From: Dimorphilus gyrociliatus
Taxonomy: Eukaryota; Animalia; Annelida
Direction of reading: 5' to 3'
Assembly: GCA_904063045.1 (NCBI GenBank)
Contig: CAJFCJ010000004.1
Span: forward strand, 556,195 to 620,194
Length of the DNA: 64,000 nt
Positions 26,167 to 38,791 of the stretch are shown piece by piece. Position 1 is the first letter of the stretch, and each line of letters starts with the position of its first letter. The translations under genes were made by a program, and so were the position numbers. The notes below the pieces were generated by a model. It was given only the letters and a program-made list of their open reading frames with translations. It searched no databases and had not been told where the DNA came from.

Positions 26167-28301
26167 TTAGTATAAGAACAGCATCTTACCTATTAGATAA
26201 ATAGGAGTGCCATCCTTTAGAGAGAGAAGTGAATTTTTATGGCTCTGGCTAACCTTTGCAATAAAGGTAAACAGTTGGCCTTCCATTGCAAAGGCAGAAA
26301 GCGATAAAAATGCTAAGGCCTCAGTTGAACTATCCATAGAACCGTTGTATTCTATTATCTTGTAATATTTCAATTTTTCCAATAGCATTTTCCATTTAGT
26401 GTCTCTTAATTTGAGTATTAGTTGTAAATGATCCGCATCGTTAATATCAATATAAGAGTAAGCTGTACCATCTTGAACAAGTAGTCTTGGGAAGATTTTG
26501 AAAATTTTTAAACGCTATAATAAAAGAATCCATACTTACTCCAAAGATAATAAAATACCTGAGGTAAACTTGAACGTCTACTTGTTCCGAATTAAAAATC
26601 AGACGAATTTTATCCACCTTTTGGATGCAACCAATAAACTTAAAGACAGAACGATCTTCGGGAAATTGAACTCTTTTACAGAGATAGCTAGTTTCTAAAT
26701 TCTTTAAAATATTATTTTTATGAGACTTGACGTCAATAACATAATATCTAATATAATTAAACGAATCCAATGTAAATTGAATAGTAACTCTGTTTGAATT
26801 TCTAACATATTCCAAATTATATAAATCAATGCAACTACCCACAACAAAATTTTGTTGCAGACAAGATGGATACTGAACGTTAACAGTATCCAAGTTCTCT
26901 TCATCAATTAGTTCGAGAAAGTATAATCTATTCGAAGTATTAACTGAAAATAACAACGTTACTTTACAATTTGCTACAGTATGTAATGAAACAAATATTA
27001 GAGATAACCTTCAATTTTTGACGTTTTAGCTGTTATTATACCTCTTAGGCTGATGGAACTTGAGGAACAATATGAACTATAAATAGAAATAAAATGATTT
27101 AACATATTTATTATTTTAAAAGTGAATATTAATATTCACCAAGTGCATTTTTTCGAATGTTCAGTTTGTATGTATTTAATAGAATTTATAGCATTTTCTG
27201 TTTCTCCTATGCATTCAATATTTAATCCTTTCTTTGATTTTATAAATAAGATGTGTCGAAACTGTAGACCGATTACATCACAAGCAACTGTAATATTGTC
27301 TTTTTCTATTGATAATTCATAAATTTGATTCATATCAAGATATGAGGAATACGTTCGACTTTCCACGATAATTCTGCAATCTTTAAGATCTGATCTCTTC
27401 TTACATAAGCATTCAGTATTATGGAACAATACTTGTATTTCAATGTTCTTTATTTCTGGTGTAACAACTGATTTTCTTAATACAGTAAACATTAAATTAA
27501 TCAAATTCTTTCCAGAAAAATCTATTTTGTTGACATTATCATTTAAGAATATAATATCTTCTCTTGAAAATATCAGACTATAATTCAATTCGTTCATTTG
27601 CTCAGAATACATTTCAATTTCTTTGAAACAATAGAAAGAGTTAATAATTACCAAGTGATTGAGACAATCGTTAAGCTCATGAGATTTCATTTTTCTTGAG
27701 CTTATCATTGACGTAATGATAACATTAATTTTTCCGGTTTGATCAATCAATTGTATTCTACCATTTGGATCCATTCGAAGGATTCCGATTAAGGTCTATT
27801 AAAAACATTGTTTATTTCTCATAGAACAATTCTAATAGAATAGAAAAATATATTCATACCCAATTATTCATCTTTTTAACTAAATCGTTAAAAATTCCAT
27901 TCGTATTTGAATATTCATTAGATAGTTTTTTATTTATTTTTTCACCAAAATTAATCAATTGACTAAGAGTTAAAATTTTCCGATTAGAATTAAAATCATA
28001 TCTTTTAAGGATATTTATAATGAAATCTACAAAAGGGCTGAAAAATATAAATATTATATCTTATTGTATATATTGTTCTTTATCATTTATACTTTTTATT
28101 TGGCGGATTTTTATCCCTAAAGAAGAGGAAATGAAACTTTTTTAGTGTAAATTCTATGGGAAATAATAATATAACTAACTTTATAAATTTAGGAAAAAAT
28201 TTCAACCGAACCGTTTCGTATATTGATTTTAATTCATCTAAATTTTCTTCCTGAACCTTTGAATAATGCTTTATAAATTTAATCTGGTCGTTATAATCCA
28301 T
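26167..28301 (-). CDS. CTC1: CTC1-like (CST complex large subunit), shortened to about 560 aa; about 6 exons
   Basis: Three motif matches recalled from vertebrate CTC1: LIGILRMDPNGRIQLIDQTGKINVII (cf. LLGVL...GCLQLRDQSGSLPC); NFVVGSCIDLYNLEYVRNSNRVTIQF (cf. [27 protein letters not shown]); RLLVQDGTAYSYI...LILKLRDTKWKMLL (cf. RLLVEDGTAEAVV...ALGLCPREWASLL). Start ATG is tentative. Confidence 0.8.
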
Positions 28302-28547
28302 TAAAATCCTTGTAATTTGTAAATTATTTGCCACAAAAATATTAAAAAATATTGAAAAAAATTCTCGAGGTTAAGTAGTGACACCTACCTGCACTTCGGT
28401 GCAGTGTTGGAAAGCTTCTGAAAATATACTTTCTTCTCTTATCTACAGATATCTACTATTTACTTGAATATTGTTTGAATACTAGTTTAGATGTTTGTAT
28501 ATTTCATATATTTAAAGGTCACAACAAACATAAACACAATCAAAAAA

Positions 28548-31500
28548 TTACTTCTTTTTAGATTTACTTTTCTTCTGTTTTCCTTTATCTTGTAATTCTT
28601 CTCCTGTTGCAAGAGTCAACTTCTTTTTAAGGTCTTTAAGAAGTTGTACTTCGGCGTCAATTTTAGCTTTTTCAGCTTTAGCGGTTTTTAACTCTCGTAC
28701 GACATTTCCCTAAGAAAATAAATAAATTCAGCTTTGTATTTAAATCAATCAGAATATTTACTTGTTTTGTTATATCTTCTTTTAGTTGTTCTACATTAAT
28801 ATTACTAATGTCAATTGTTTCTTTTTCGCCACCATATCTAATGTTAAAATGTACATCCTTGGTTATAATTTATTATCAACAGCTAAAATAAAACTTTACT
28901 TATTTCTCCATTCTTCAGCTTCGGCATCTTCAATTTTTCTAAATAATGGACTTGCCTATAAATAAGATAATAACAAAATCAAATATTCTTTCGTTTAATA
29001 AGAAATTAAATTTAACCAATTTACCTTTCCAATAACATGTCCTTCTTTAAGGTTACATCTTATCTTTTCGCTAATTGTCAGAATACTATCAGAGGCATTT
29101 AGTTGTGTCTAAAAAGTTTTTTAAAGTTATACAAAAGTTTAAAAGATATGATTTTTGGGGAAATATAAACCTGAATAGTTTTGCTTATGGAAGGCATATA
29201 TGGATGGAGTAAAGTGGCTAGCTGATAAACAATATTAGCTGCTAAGCCAACAACACTGGCGGCTCTTTTCCTACAAAAACAAAAACGTAATTTCATTAGA
29301 TTAACAAATCGGAAGTATAGATATTAGATGTAAATTTACTTTTCATCGTCTGATTGTTTTAATTTCTTCCAGGGTTCATTTGATTGAATGTACTGATTAC
29401 CTAAACGGCTGATATTAAAAATCCATTTGATTCCATCGCGAATTCTAAGTAAAAAATTATAGATGAGCTTATGAACTTCGTATTATAAAAATATTGACAA
29501 ACCGGAGATGTTCGAGAGAGTCTATATAGTTGTGAATCGATTTGTTGATTTCAGCAAGTAAATTTTTATCTTCCTCATTAAGAATAATTTCCGGAATTTT
29601 GTTTTCAAAGTACTTGTTTACAAAATTCAGCGCGCTAATAATAGCAAAATTACAAGTGATAAATAATCTAAAAATTACATATCAGATATTATTACCGATT
29701 AACGAAATTTCCTAAATTATTTAATAGTTCGTTGTTATTTTTTTCTTGAAAATCTTTCCATTGAAAATCAGTATCTCGTCCCTCAGGTCGAATATACAAT
29801 AAATAGAATCTGCGAGTACAAATATATAAAATGTTAAACAATAGAAATGAAAGGTATGAACAAACAAATAACCTAAATATATCAGCTGGAACGCCGGTTT
29901 CTTTGGCATTATCACCAAATACACCAACGCCACGACTTTTTGAGAACTTTTTACCCTCATAATTTAGATATTCTGTTAGAAAAGAAATACAAATATTATT
30001 AATAATCAATTAATTAAAAACCAAGAAGTAAGTAGTACCAGTGGCACTCAAGCTATTAACTTTTGTCCAAGATTTTTCTGTAGCTAACAGAGTGCAAGGG
30101 AAAATAATGGAATGAAAAGGTACATTATCCTTGGCCATAAACTCAACATATTGAACTTTTTCAGGATTTTTCCACCATTTTTCCCATTCATCAGTATAAT
30201 TAGCAGTAATAGAAATATAGCCAATTGGGGCATCATACCATACATAGAATACCTTTTGAAAAAAAAACAATCAGAAAAATAGATTGATAAATTTCGAAAA
30301 TCCACCTTGTCTCGGTATCCTTCTAATGGTACAGTTACTCCCCATTTAAGATCTCTGGATATACATCTTGGTTTTAGACCATCTCTTATCCAAATTTTTG
30401 ATATACTTTGAGCATTAGACGTCCATATTCCTTTATCAAATGATTCATCCAAGTATTTATCTACTTCATCTTGAAGCTGTCAACAAAAATATTGACATTA
30501 TTGTTCTTTTTATTTAAAATTATAGTACTTTTGGTAGATCGAGGAAAAGATGATTTGTCTTCTTCACTTGAGGAGCTTCTTTACAAATAGAGCATTTTGG
30601 ATTGATGAGTTCAACCGCGTTCATCAACTTGCCACATCCGTCACACTAAAGAATTATAAAGTATGTTAAAGACTCTATACTCTGGCTTCCAAAAACTTAC
30701 CTGATCGCCTCTAGCATCTTCATATTTGCAAAAAGGACAACCTCCAGTAACAAATCGATCCGCCAAAAACTTCGAACAGGTAGGACAGAATAGTTGTTCC
30801 ATTTCATCTTTAATAACATTTTTATTATTGTAGATTTCCCAAAATATGCTTTGAGCAATTCTAAGAAAGGAGGAAGCTCTCTTTTAAAGACAGTTTATAC
30901 TTATAATAACAAAGTAATTACTCAGTATGCTTTTCAGTTGTTGTTCTGCCAAAGCTATCGAAGTCAATATTAAACCATTCATAGATTTCTCTATGTAGAG
31001 CGTTATATTTGTCACACAACTCTTTTTCCGTTATTTTTTCTTTTAGTGCCTTTGTTTCCGATGCTGTTCCATACTCATCAGTTCCACATATGTATAATGA
31101 ATTATATGTGCGTAGACGGCAAAATCTATAAAGTGAGTTTTTTATTTGTTTATACAAAGATAATTGGTTTAAAATGGAAAAAAAAGTGATAAAATTATGT
31201 TGTATTTCGCGAAGCTTGCCTTGAATAGACATCACCACTTAGAACACAACCAATGATATTTCCTAAATGAGGAACATTATTAACATAAGGTAAGGCGCTT
31301 GTAATAAGAATGTTTTTCTTATCGTCTTGAGGCAATCTGCATTTAAAACAGAACACAAACATTAAATGGCATTTAGCTTTTAAATTAAGAACTAACATAG
31401 GGTGCTGCCTCTCTAATTCGATTGGGGGGCAATCAGTTGTCCAGAATGTAACAGCTTCTTCAATATCTTGCTCAGTTATTTTATCTTCTACAACAGCTTC

Positions 31501-31621
31501 TACGACTTCTACATCTTCCTATAAAGAATATTGTTGTATTCGTGTCAGTGATAACACGTGGATTTCAAATTTTGGTACAAACCGTTTTAGCTTTAGCGGC
31601 GATTTCAGAATTAGCAGACAT
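28548..31621 (-). CDS. MARS1: Cytoplasmic methionyl-tRNA synthetase with C-terminal WHEP domain, many small exons
   Basis: [21 protein letters not shown] (HIGH), [22 protein letters not shown] Zn knuckle, [43 protein letters not shown] (KMSKS), [18 protein letters not shown]...; ends KSKSKKK*. Confidence 0.97.
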
Positions 31622-31904
31622 GCTAGGTAATAATTTAGTAAATCCAATGAAACAATTAACAACTAACAATGTTCACAGAAAATGCGAGATTATACAAAAT
31701 TGCGTCAGTTGAAAACTCGTCTGCTAATTTATGATCTAGAAAGTTGTAATCCGGCACGAAATATTACTTACATTTTTGGTATGGAACTCCACCCAGGCAA
31801 AAAAAACTACCATTTCTCAGGGGATACATGCTGCGTTCTTTATTCACTTACTAGTCACTGAAATCGGATTAATGTCCCGTCTTGGATAAAAGTAAATATT
31901 AACA
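31622..31904. promoter_or_regulatory. Bidirectional promoter between MARS1 (-) and TMEM41B (+)
   Basis: The two start codons are only about 283 bp apart in head-to-head orientation. Confidence 0.7.
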
Positions 31905-33610
31905 ATGGCTACACCACGCAACATCGAAAAGAAGAATCATGGTGAGAAATAAAACAACGACATTAATATAGTGAAGTCTAATGTAGTTTATTATTTGTAG
32001 ATATTAATCAAGCTCAAGAGAACAAAGATGAGAGCAATCGAAATGTTAAAGATAAATCTTCTTCGGCAGAAAGTAGCACGGGCGCTGTCATGATTATTGC
32101 TTGTATATTCGTAGCATCTGCATTTGCACTATTCCTCGTTTATATGTATTCGCCCAACTTGGAGGAGTTAGTTAATTATCATTTTAGTTAATTGATCTAC
32201 TTAAGATGTAAATATTTTTAGGAATGAAAAGAAATACATCAGAGTGCCTACCAATATAGACGACGCAAAAGAATTAGGAAAAATTTTATCTCGTTATAAA
32301 AGGAGATACTACTATCAAGTTTTATTTGGATATTTTATTTCTTATATATTGTAAGTATAATACTAATATATTCAATTTTTGAACAGCTTATGTAGCCATA
32401 CTGATTTGTGTATAATTTAGAACTTCTCTATACCCTATACTCTAAAATTTGCGTAATATGTTAGAAGGTCAAACTGCGAGTATCGTTGTTTACTGGACGT
32501 AGAATGTAAAGAAAAGTGAATAATCAAAAAAAATCTAAAACACAGAATTTTGTTTTTCAGTTTACAGTCTTTTGCTATCCCTGGGTCGATATTCTTAAGT
32601 ATCCTGTCTGGATTTTTATTCCCTTTTCCATTGGCACTCTTCTTAGTATGCTTAGTATGTATACAGTTTTAATTTAAGCAGCTAAATTAGAAAATTAACA
32701 ATGAATACATCTAAACAGTGCTCGGGGATAGGTGCTTCATTTTGCTACTTGCTGTCATATCTGGTTGGGAAGCGTCTAGTCAACAAGTATCTTCCTCAAA
32801 AAACTGCAGAATGGTCGCGCATTGTAAGTATTGAATTACAAAATAAATTCTAACAAAAAAAAAGCGTAAATGTTGAAATTCAATGAGGTAAAAAAAACAG
32901 AAAATGCATTTTAGTATTTTTATAAATACTCTTTTATCATAATATTTTTCATTTGGAATGGAATCAATTTAACATCTGTGCTTGACTTGAAATAAAAAAC
33001 AGTGCCTAGGAGAACCTTACAACCAAAAACTTTTGACATTTTCGTATTTTATTATTCTTTTTTTCAACTGATTTTTACCAAGGGCAAAGGCACCTAGTAG
33101 TATTTGTAAACCGGAATGTTAACCTATATTATATCTCTATATTTAAGTGATTATTGATAAGTCGTATTTTATAAGAATTCTGAAATATTTACTATCTAAG
33201 TTTTTAATATATATACCCTTTATTTTTCCTTTATAGATTGAACGTCAGAAAGATAATTTACTTCACTATATTATTTTCTTAAGAATTACTCCATTCCTAC
33301 CTAATTGGTTTATTAATATAACATCACCCGTTCTCAACGTTCCATTATCAATATTTTTCATTGGTACCTTCATCGGTAACTAGTCTAAAATACGAAATAT
33401 TGTCTTTTTATGTCATTTTATTCGTTATTTTTTTAAACAGGTGTTGCACCTCCCTCTTTTGTCGCCATTCACGCTGGAACAATGTTACACAAGTTAACTT
33501 CTTCGTCAGATGCAATTTCCTATAAATCAATTGGGGTTTTAGCCGTGTTTGCTATTGCCTCCTTATTACCTATACTATTTAAGCATCGTTTGAAAGCGAA
33601 GTTCAATTAA
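31905..33610 (+). CDS. TMEM41B: TMEM41B/Stasimon, VTT (SNARE-associated) domain lipid scramblase; about 7 exons
   Basis: Not in the ORF track. Manual splicing gives MATPRNIEKKNH ... DDAKELGKILSRYK ... LQSFAIPGSIFLSILSGFLFPFPLALFLVC-LCSGIGASFCYLLS ... YIIFLRITPFLPNWFINITSPV ... FFIGTFIG-VAPPSFVAIHAG ... KAKFN*. Confidence 0.95.
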
Positions 33611-34194
33611 ATTAATAGTAAAAAAAGAATTAAATACTTAAAAAAGAACAACTTAAACGATATCTTTTAGAAATTCTAATTAAAAATGTATTAGTTCTTA
33701 AGTTCTGCCAAATATAATATGACTATTTAAAAGCATAATCGTGAAAGCGAACTCTTTAAATATCGATTCGAAAATGAGAAAAATGTACTCATAAGTTTTT
33801 CTTGCCTTATCAAAGCTTTTGTCACTTATGACATGTATAGAATTAAATCATTTGTAAATGTTTAAATATAACTTTGTCATTTGTGAATATGTTGATTTAT
33901 TTAGATAAGATAACTTAAATAAAATCTTCCATATTTCTCAATTAAATATTCAATGGAATTCTTTTAATTTAGAATATGTGCATTGATTACTATAAAAACT
34001 ACTAAAGGTGATAGATAAACTGTCTTTATGAAACCAACTTGTCCTTTCAAACTTTGAACGATGATGCTAAAATGTTCGTATTTTTTAATTTATAATTTAT
34101 ATAATATAATTATATTTTAAATACAAATAGCAATAACATTTCCAAGTTTATAAATGTATTCTATTCAATCCAAAAATTATACGAAAATAATTCT

Positions 34195-34202
34195 ACTTCC
34201 GG
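34195..34202. promoter_or_regulatory. ETS/GABP motif upstream of SUPV3L1
   Basis: ACTTCCGG 65 bp before the ATG. Confidence 0.55.
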
Positions 34203-34266
34203 TGATCAAGAAAACCTTCGAAGTTCATGTAGTGAAGCACGTTTTAACTTAAAAAAGAGATTTGAA

Positions 34267-36746
34267 ATGATTCCCACTAGAGTGACGGCGCGAACTCCAG
34301 TGATCAGATTATTAAAGTCATGTAATTTTGGTCAAAGACGAAATACACTTTCTCAAAGACTTATATCAACCACTGTTGCTGCAAATCGAAGTTCATCGAA
34401 TTTCGACAGCAAAGACATTAATGAAATAATCAAGCCAGTACCAATTAAACCGTTCGAAAACCGATACGAAAACGTAGGAGAAGAATTGTGTGGAACTTTA
34501 GAAAAGTCTGAACTGATTAAACTGCTTAATAAATTTTATAGGCGACCAAATTTGAAAACTCTAGCAAAAGAGCAAGGACTAGACTCTAATTTATTGCATC
34601 AAGCTTACGTTTCTTTCAGAAGATATTGCGTAGAAAGTTCTTCTCTACCAGTTGATCTTCATATTGTTCTCAGTGACATCCTTCAAGGTTCTGGTCATGT
34701 TGACGATATCTTTCCTTATTTCTTACGACATGCTAAAACCATGTTTCCTCATATCGATTGCCTAGAAGACTTAAGAAAAATTTCAGATCTTCGTACTCCT
34801 GCAAGTTGGTATCCAGATGCTAGACGATTGCAAAGAAAAATAATCTACCACTCAGGACCTACAAACAGCGGGAAAACTTATCACGCCCTCGAGAAATTTT
34901 TATCTGCAAAAACAGGTATCTATTGTGGACCCCTTCGTTTACTGGCTGCAGAGGTATTTGAAAAAGCTAATCAAGCTGGGACACCTTGCGACTTAATAAC
35001 CGGAGAAGAGCGTCGTTTGGTTAATCCCGATGGTCTTTCTTCCAATCATGTAGCATGTACGGTTGAAATGTCTAGCACATCAACGAGTTACGAAGTAGGA
35101 GTTATCGATGAAATTCAAATGATGAGAGATTCTTGCAGAGGTTGGGCTTGGACAAGGGCACTATTAGGCCTCTGTACCGAAGAATTGCATATTTGTGGAG
35201 AAGGTATAGGAAGAACAAGCTCAGTTTCAATAAATAATTCTAATTTGATGTTTGTTTTTAGGTTCAGCCATTGACCTAGTTGAAAGATTAGCTCTGGAGA
35301 CAGGTGATGAACTGGAGGTTCGAAAATATAAAAGGCTTACAAGCCTAACAGTTTTAAACAAAGCTGTTGAAAATTTCGATAACGTGAGAGACGGTGATTG
35401 CATCGTTTGTTTCTCAAAAGCCGATATTTACCATGCAAGTAGACAATTAGAAAAACGAGGACGATCCTGTGCAGTAATATATGGAACGCTACCTCCTAGA
35501 GCCAAACTGGCTCAAGCTGCTATGTTTAATGATCCAGCTGATAAGACAAAAGTAATGGTAGCCACAGACGCAGTGGGAATGGGTTTAAACTTGAATATAA
35601 AAAGAGTTGTGTTTTATTCTCTTATGAAACCAATTATAAATGAAAAAGGAGAAAAAGAAATGGATATTATTCCTCCTCATACTGCTTTACAAATCGCAGG
35701 AAGAGCCGGAAGATTTAATACAACTTGGCCAGATGGAGAAGTAACAACCTTCAAAGGGTCTGACCTGCACTTACTCAGGAAATTATTAAAAGTAATAGAG
35801 TAAAAACCGCTCAAGTACATTTTTCTATATATAATTATTACCTTTTCAACAGACAACTGTCGAACCAGTCGAATTGGCAGGTCTTCATCCAACTGCTGAG
35901 CAGATAGAACTATTTGCTTATCATTTACCAAAAGCTACGCTAACAAATCTTATAGATATTTTTATGACTCTTTCAACAGTAGATAATCGTAATTATTTTC
36001 TCTGCAACTTGGAGGATTTTAAATTTCTCGCCAATATGATTGAACATGTTCCGTTGGCATTGAAGACAAGATATGCCTTGTGTTGTGCTCCTATAAACCG
36101 AAAACAGCCATTTGTTTGTACAATGTTTCTAAAATTAGCCAGACAGATTTCCAGGGGCGAACCTTTAACTCATGATTGGGTGTGGAGGCAGTTGGGCTGG
36201 CCTCTCCAAATGCCTACAAACGTGACCGATTTAATGCATTTGGAAGCCGTTCACGACGTCCTGGATTTATATTTATGGTTAACCTATCGTTTTATAGATC
36301 TATTTCCCGATGCCGATCATATTAGAGATATGCAAAATGAACTTGACGATGTCATACAAACTGGAGTAAAAAACTTAACACAGTTATTAAAGAATGCGGA
36401 AACGAGTTCATCATTCAACAAAAACATTTTGGAAGACGAAGACTTTGACGTTACAAGTAAAAAAATGAGACGAAAGAGATTACAGTCGATAATGACAGAT
36501 CAAGAAGATGTTAAAAATTCATTAACTGATGCTTTTTCAAGAGCATCTTCAAATAGAATGAACGATCCAAGATTAGTAAATTTCAGTAAAGGACCTCCAT
36601 CTGTTAAGTTGAACGAAGGTCAATCGATGGCCGATATTCTTGTCGAAAGAGGGGTTCTCAGCAGAGACATGTTATCTAAGCTTAAAGATGAAATTCTGGA
36701 AGAAAAAGATCATAGAGGAAGAAAAGGAAGATGGCGGAGGAAATAA
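34267..36746 (+). CDS. SUPV3L1: Mitochondrial ATP-dependent RNA helicase SUV3; 3 exons
   Basis: Basic N-terminal presequence, [47 protein letters not shown]. Confidence 0.97.
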
Positions 36747-37608
36747 TTAACTATGAAATCTATATAAAGCTAATTGTTAAGACTCTGTAAATAGTAACAT
36801 ATATATATATATATATAAATATATATACATTTGCTGCACATTTATTGCTTTCAGATGAAGGAAACTGTCAGCTCGAAAAAACTCAATTTTACGTTGCGGC
36901 GTTTTTTGTTTTGTTTTGTTGTTGATATGAAGCGTCTCTTTACAACTTGAAAAACAATTAAATTAATTAGATCTATTTCTAAGTTGGATAAGATTTCCTT
37001 CGTAGTTAATTTATCTAACAATTAACTATGACATAATCCCAGGGGGCGCTGAAGCAAGGTTATGTGGGTTTCTTTAATTACAGAACGCATGCTAGGATCG
37101 TTACGGTTAGAAAACACGGATATCGACTAACCATTACGTGTCTTTAATAGTGAATGGCTATAAATTAACCGGATTTTGTATTTGAGAAAAGTTAAAGGAA
37201 AACAATCCGTTCTGTATCTTCATGAAAGAATCATAGTACTTCGACGACTTAAAAGACTTTATGAGCAAATAAAGGGAAAAGAGCAAAAATATCAAACAAG
37301 CTGATAAGGATTAGTGAACAAAAAGATTTCTCTCACCCTCTAGTAATCTTTCAAAAAGAAAAAGGTGTAAGAGGTCAAAGTCCATTGGAAAGGGATTATC
37401 CCCATAGGATATATTGATATATAAATATATATATTCATATATATCCGTAAATTTTGTTTACTGCCCTTTTCTTTTATGTTCACTACAACAAAGACATATT
37501 TGCGTCGTGAAACGATTAGCTTTTGTTCATTTGTTTATTCACGAATCCTATTACTTATGTGGATACTTAGAAAGTTGACGAATTTTTGATTTTCACTTGT
37601 CTACAATT

Positions 37609-38535
37609 ATGATTACCACATTACAAACTGCCGATGGATCAAGGCGTCAAAGTGTCTTTATAACAGATTACAATAACCGCTCTGACGTATGCGTTGATCA
37701 GAAAGGAGACAGAAAATACTGCGATAATCATATATGTACCCCACTTTGTGATCATCATTCCAATTGTCAACCAAAGGTGAGCTTTGACTGACTTTACTAA
37801 TTAAGTGTAGGATTTTACCCTTTCGTTTTCACCTTTAAAAAAGGTACTTTAGACAAGTAACTTTCATAGTGATGAAAGAATTTAGGGCACAATACTAAGT
37901 ATATATAGAAGCTGAACAATAAGAAAAAAAGACACATTAATAATTCGAAGGGAAAAAATTGTTAATTGAAGTGTTAAAGTTTATTCAACACTGCTAATCA
38001 TAATAAAAAATACACTAAAGGATAATTCTCTTGCATAATTATTCATTACTGATTCCTCGGAGAATCTAGAGGAAATGCGGTATAACTCGAAGTTTTGCAT
38101 AACTTAACTAGAATCTGTCTTTATATTCAACATTAAACGTACGCCTTCTCTCCTAAATCACCGATATAAATAAGAGATATTTTATTCTATTAAATACTAA
38201 TATTTAATCAGGTGTTCTACTCCTAAAAATTAATTCCTTCTTCAGTGTTATCATTTCATTCCATTAAGAGCCGATAAATATTACCTTGGAGAAGATGGAG
38301 TTCCTCATAGAAGGTCACCGTCAATTCTATCAAGAGTCAAAGAGTTCAGCGGTTTAATATTCATTGTTATTGTTATTACAATAATAGCTGCTTTAATGAC
38401 TACTCAGAAAACTGGTAAATATATATCAATTTATAAAGATTTTTTTCTATGTGATATTGGTTTACAGAGAAGGATTTATCAATGGAAAGTAACTATACTC
38501 TAACTAATTATACAAACTCGTCGACGTCTATTTAA
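37609..38535 (+). CDS. Orphan single-pass membrane protein (about 135 aa); exons 37609-37776, about 38246-38415, about 38469-38535
   Basis: Canonical splice sites join in frame: MITTLQTADGSRRQSVFITDYNNRSDVCVDQKGDRKYCDNHICTPLCDHHSNCQPK-CYHFIPLRADKYYLGEDGVPHRRSPSILSRVKEFSGLIFIVIVITIIAALMTTQKT-EKDLSMESNYTLTNYTNSSTSI*. Confidence 0.7.
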
Positions 38536-38791
38536 GACACTATTACATTCTGTCTTTGATTGAATTTCCTATTGAAAAAAAAAATGATATACATTATTCT
38601 ATTTTGATAAAATGCAAAAAAACGCATCTTCTTAAGTCTACTTTATCTTCAATATATTTATGGAAATGTATCCCTTAAGGTAAGAGAAAATAGGATATTA
38701 AGACGGCAGATATTTTGATAGACGACTTAGTTAAAATTGAAAAGGAAATGAATAATGGATTTTATTGATACTTGGTCTAATCAAATATGAA

